Source of the DNA: Candidatus Woesebacteria bacterium GW2011_GWF1_31_35
GTDB lineage: Bacteria; Patescibacteriota; Microgenomatia; UBA8517
NCBI GenBank assembly: GCA_001029755.1
Contig: CP011214.1
Coordinates: 129,754 to 193,753 of the forward strand
DNA: 64,000 nucleotides
Direction: 5' to 3'
In this document: piece after piece, positions 60,538 through 64,000 of the stretch
How positions within the stretch are numbered: the stretch's first letter is position 1
Layout: each line of letters begins with the position of its first letter
Notes under the pieces: generated by a model
What the model was told of the DNA's origin: nothing
Database searches by the model: none
Seen by the model: only the letters and a program-made list of their open reading frames with translations
Program-made: the position numbers and the translations under genes

Positions 60538-62847
60538 TTATCTATCGTTTCTATCTGTTTGAAAATATCTAGTAGTTGGAAAATGTGGTCCAGATGATCT
60601 TCTATCGTCTCCTCCAGTACTTGGTCTTCTGTCTCTATCTCCACCAAAACTTCTTCCACTACCACTTCCCCTACTAAATCCTCCAGAGGGTCTTCCTCCA
60701 CCTCTAAAACCTCCTCCACTTCTTCTGTCTCCTCCAGTACTTGGTCTTCTTTCCTCTTTTGGTTTATCAGTTGATGGATCCATTCTCATCGAAAGATTAA
60801 TTCTTCCCATATCATCAATTTCTTTAACTCTAACTTGTACTTTATCTCCAATTTTTACAACATCATTGGCATCATTAACATATCCTTCAGTCATGTCTGA
60901 GACATGAACCATTCCATCTTTTCCAGGTAAAATATTTACAAAAGCTCCAAAAGGCATAATTCTTGCAACAGTTCCTTCATATATTTCTCCTGCAATAACA
61001 ACTTTTGCAAGACCTTCTACCCATTCAATTGCTTTTGCAATTTTAGTTTCATCCATACCTGAAATTGAAACACTACCATCATCTTCAACTTCAACTTCAG
61101 TTCCAGTATCTGCCATTAATTTTTTGATAGCTTTACCACCTGGCCCTATTAACTCTCCAATTTTTTCAACTGGAATCTTTACAAGCTTAATTTTTGGAGC
61201 AAACTTTGAAACTTCTTTTCTAGGTTCCTTGATTGCATCCACAACAGCTTTTAACATAACAGCTCTTCCTGTCTTTGCCTGATCTAACGCATCTTTTAAG
61301 ATTGATGGAGTTAAATTTAAAGTTTTAACATCAAGTTGTATTGCAGTAACTCCTTTTTCTGTTCCTGCAACTTTAAAATCCATATCTCCATTAAAATCTT
61401 CAATACCCATGATATCTGAAAGAATTGCAACATCTTTACCTTCAATAATTAATCCCATTGCAATTCCAGCAACAGGAGCTTTTATTGGAACACCTGCATC
61501 CATCAATGCCATTGATGATCCACAAACTGATGCCATTGAAGTTGAACCATTGGAACTTAATACTTCAGAAACTACTCTAATTGCATATGGAAATTCTTCA
61601 TTACTTGGAAGAACTGGAATCAATGCTTTCTCAGCTAAGGCTCCATGTCCAATCTCACGTCTACCAGGATTTCCAACGCGTCCTACTTCTCCAATTGTAA
61701 AAGGTGGCATTGAATAATCATGCATATAACGTTTTTCTTCTTCCCCTCCAGCAGTTTCTAAAAGTTGTCCCATTGAAGAAGCTCCAAGTGTTGCAATTGA
61801 AAGAACTTGGGTTTGACCTCTTGTGAAAAGTCCTGATCCATGAGTTCTTGGCAAAAATCCAACTTCAGCTGTAAGTTTTCTAATTTCTGTTAATTTTCTA
61901 CCATCAGGTCTTGTCTTTTTCTTTAAAATTTGTTCTCTAATGTAATCTTTTTTAAGATGATCAATAATTCCTACTATAAATTTCTTATCTGACTCATTCT
62001 CAAATTTCTCTTTAACTGCATTAACTAACTCCATAAATTCTCCCGATGCTCCTTCGTGGTTTGCCATACCTTTAACAAGATCGGCAATTTTATCACTTAC
62101 TAATTTGGTAACTTCTTTTTCCAAAGCAAGTGGTGCTTTTTCTTCTTTGTAAACATCTCTTTTAATACCAATTTCATCAGCCAATTCAGAAATTGCAGTA
62201 TTTATTTTTTGTGCTTCTTCGAAAGCTAACTTTACTCCATCTAATATAACTTTCTCGGAAACTTCTTTTGCACCTGCTTCAATCATTAAAACCGCATCCT
62301 TTGTAGAAGACACTACTAAATTTAATGGGGAAGAGGTTAAATCTCCATTTACAGGATTAACAATAAATTTTTCATCTTTAAGTCCAACATTAATAACTCC
62401 AACTGGGCCTTTCCAAGGTAAAGTTGTAATGTGAACTGCAGCTGACGCTGCAATTGCTCCTAAAATTGATGGATCATTAACCCCATCAACTGAAAGTACA
62501 GCAACAATTACTTGAACTTCCTTTTTGTAATCTTTAGGAAAAAGCGGTCTAATTGATCTATCTATGAGTCTTGCGGTTAGTATTTCTTTATCAGTAGGTC
62601 GTCCTTCTCTTTTGACCCACCTTGAACCTTTTATCTTTCCTCCTGCATATAATTTTTCTTGATATTCAACTGAAAGTGGAAAATAATCAAATTCTTGTTT
62701 TAATGGAACGTGAGTAACAGTAGCTAAAATTACAGTATCTCCATACCTAGCCATGACAGCACCTGAGGCCTGCTCTGCTAATATTCCTGTGGTTAAAGTT
62801 AATTTTCTTCCACCTAATTCGAATGTCTTTTCGTATTTCTTATTCAT
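60538..62847 (-). CDS. pnp: polyribonucleotide nucleotidyltransferase with C-terminal Gly/Arg-rich (RGG-like) tail
   Basis: Two RNase PH domains, KH and S1, then ~80 aa RRPSTGGDRRSGGGFRGGGRPSGG. Confidence 0.95.
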   Translation of the reverse strand: MNKKYEKTFELGGRKLTLTTGILAEQASGAVMARYGDTVILATVTHVPLKQEFDYFPLSVEYQEKLYAGGKIKGSRWVKREGRPTDKEILTARLIDRSIRPLFPKDYKKEVQVIVAVLSVDGVNDPSILGAIAASAAVHITTLPWKGPVGVINVGLKDEKFIVNPVNGDLTSSPLNLVVSSTKDAVLMIEAGAKEVSEKVILDGVKLAFEEAQKINTAISELADEIGIKRDVYKEEKAPLALEKEVTKLVSDKIADLVKGMANHEGASGEFMELVNAVKEKFENESDKKFIVGIIDHLKKDYIREQILKKKTRPDGRKLTEIRKLTAEVGFLPRTHGSGLFTRGQTQVLSIATLGASSMGQLLETAGGEEEKRYMHDYSMPPFTIGEVGRVGNPGRREIGHGALAEKALIPVLPSNEEFPYAIRVVSEVLSSNGSTSMASVCGSSMALMDAGVPIKAPVAGIAMGLIIEGKDVAILSDIMGIEDFNGDMDFKVAGTEKGVTAIQLDVKTLNLTPSILKDALDQAKTGRAVMLKAVVDAIKEPRKEVSKFAPKIKLVKIPVEKIGELIGPGGKAIKKLMADTGTEVEVEDDGSVSISGMDETKIAKAIEWVEGLAKVVIAGEIYEGTVARIMPFGAFVNILPGKDGMVHVSDMTEGYVNDANDVVKIGDKVQVRVKEIDDMGRINLSMRMDPSTDKPKEERRPSTGGDRRSGGGFRGGGRPSGGFSRGSGSGRSFGGDRDRRPSTGGDDRRSSGPHFPTTRYFQTDRNDR

Positions 62848-62880
62848 CTAAAACCTATATTTTTATTATTAATGAAGCCT

Positions 62881-63150
62881 TTATTTGTTGAGTTTTAACT
62901 CTTTTATTAAAGCTTTGTATCTTCCTTCGTCTTTCTTTTGTAAGTATGACAGAAGTCTTCGTCTTTTTGCAACCATTGAAAGAAGACCTCTTCTTGAATG
63001 AACATCTTTTTTATGTTCTTTCAAATGTTCTGCTAGTTTATCAATCTTTGTGGAAAGAAGTGCAATCTGAATCTCTGGAGATCCTGTATCACCTTTTTCT
63101 CTAGCAAACTTTTTAATTAATTCTTTTTTCTCTTCAACTTTTAATGCCAT
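62881..63150 (-). CDS. rpsO: 30S ribosomal protein S15
   Basis: 89 aa ([17 protein letters not shown]...HSRRGLL). Classic rpsO-pnp pair. Confidence 0.9.
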   Translation of the reverse strand: MALKVEEKKELIKKFAREKGDTGSPEIQIALLSTKIDKLAEHLKEHKKDVHSRRGLLSMVAKRRRLLSYLQKKDEGRYKALIKELKLNK

Positions 63151-63269
63151 TTATATTTTTTGTCATGTATTGCTAAAGTAAGTCTATAAAGCATTCTATA
63201 AGACAAACCTTGCAAACATCTTTGTTATATTACCATAAACTTGATTATTCCGCAAAGGATAAAAATTTA

Positions 63270-64000
63270 TTAACTTACTGAAGTTCCTGTATAAACTTTT
63301 GGTTCTGTCCAAGACTGGGGTATTTCTTCTACTTCTTCTTCTTTTTGTTCTTCAACTTTTGTAGTCTTTTCAACTTGTTTTACTTGCTGTGATCTTACAT
63401 TTGTAAAAGGCTTTGTTGGTATTGATCCTTTAGGAAAATTGTCAGAAGAAAGTATTTTTGGCATCCTTATTCCACCCAATTTAAGTAACTCTGCGAAAAT
63501 TTCAAAAGTTAAAGCTGTTACATCAGATCCTTGAAAGTTTTTACTTGAATCTTCAATTCCTGATAATAAATTGGTTGCAATATCTGGATCAATTGAAAGA
63601 CCACTTTCTTTAATTAAATTAGCCATTAATTCTGAGACTCCTGATGCCGGACTTGCAAATGATAATATTTGAAGATCACTAGTTACCTCTAAAAATCTTA
63701 TTCCAATATGTATTATTTTTGCATCTTTAAATTCAGGGTTTGATAAAATTGGAAAACTAGTTTCATTTTCCCCTCCAATTAAAATTACAGTATCAGCGCC
63801 AACTCCTGAATAGGAAATATCAATTTGTTCTTTAGTTGGTGAGTTAAGGCCTGACTTTGGAGAAACTGTTAATTTAAACTGTCCATTTTCAATATCATAA
63901 CTTACTTTATCCACATCCTCTGCTTGATAGTTGGTAAACTTGATAGTTAAATTTTTACTTCCAACTTCTGTCCCTATTTTATCAACACCAATAAGTCTAC
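63270..64000 (-). CDS. hypothetical protein, possibly DHH/NrnA-like, partial (continues past window end)
   Basis: The frame stays open upstream of the track start (GTG at 63914) to the window edge. LLSGIEDSSKNF...FEIFAELLKLGG resembles the NrnA LLAGIxTDTGxF region. DHH and GGGH motifs are not seen in the visible part. Confidence 0.3.
   Translation of the reverse strand, partial: RLIGVDKIGTEVGSKNLTIKFTNYQAEDVDKVSYDIENGQFKLTVSPKSGLNSPTKEQIDISYSGVGADTVILIGGENETSFPILSNPEFKDAKIIHIGIRFLEVTSDLQILSFASPASGVSELMANLIKESGLSIDPDIATNLLSGIEDSSKNFQGSDVTALTFEIFAELLKLGGIRMPKILSSDNFPKGSIPTKPFTNVRSQQVKQVEKTTKVEEQKEEEVEEIPQSWTEPKVYTGTSVS

Noticed and set aside
60483-60719. 78-aa minus-strand ORF rich in Glu/Val/Leu
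   Set aside because: It is an alternative frame across the repetitive GR-rich tail of pnp and is fully contained in the pnp CDS.
1-64000. CRISPR arrays, transposases/IS elements, rRNA operons, prophage genes
   Set aside because: No short regularly spaced direct repeats, transposase motifs or rRNA-like GC-rich blocks were seen. The only repeat-like signals are the 14-bp pair at the fusA-tuf junction and the palindromes reported above.

Overview
The window reads as an AT-rich, gene-dense bacterial core-genome segment. The approximately 30% GC content is estimated by eye rather than computed. Almost everything lies on the minus strand: secDF, recA-recX, an RNase Y homolog, miaA, two ABC transporter clusters, and an essentially complete ribosomal-protein and transcription/translation block (rpoB-rpoC-rpsL-rpsG-fusA-tuf-rpsJ-S10/spc/alpha operons through rplQ-rplM-rpsI). 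After that come mltG, ruvX, a sortase, alaS, ftsK, RNase J, a family-4 UDG, pnp and rpsO. Several features point to a reduced-genome Patescibacteria/CPR-type organism, and this is inference: L30 is missing between rpsE and rplO, the RNase P RNA is compact, several proteins are truncated (alaS, RNase Y, rplB, Lon-like), and many small hypothetical membrane or zinc-ribbon genes are present. Two RNA genes not in the ORF track were found by eye: RNase P RNA at 6143-6454 and tRNA-Pro(GGG) at 15015-15085, both on the minus strand. No CRISPR array, transposase or rRNA was seen. The most unusual content is a set of small insertions inside the otherwise universally conserved str operon. A 91-aa Arg-rich ORF sits between rpsG and fusA. 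A divergent Cys-rich membrane-protein gene sits between fusA and tuf, bracketed by an exact 14-bp direct repeat. A short nested-palindrome region next to it overlaps a 68-aa ORF that may not be a real gene. Consensus-like promoters followed by GC hairpin plus U-tract leaders lie in front of tuf and rpoB. Other notable genes are a Lon-like AAA+ ATPase with neither N-domain nor protease domain, a lone plus-strand JAB/MPN-like gene, a 711-aa bitopic protein translationally coupled to a sortase, and a pseudopilin-fold protein without a prepilin signal.
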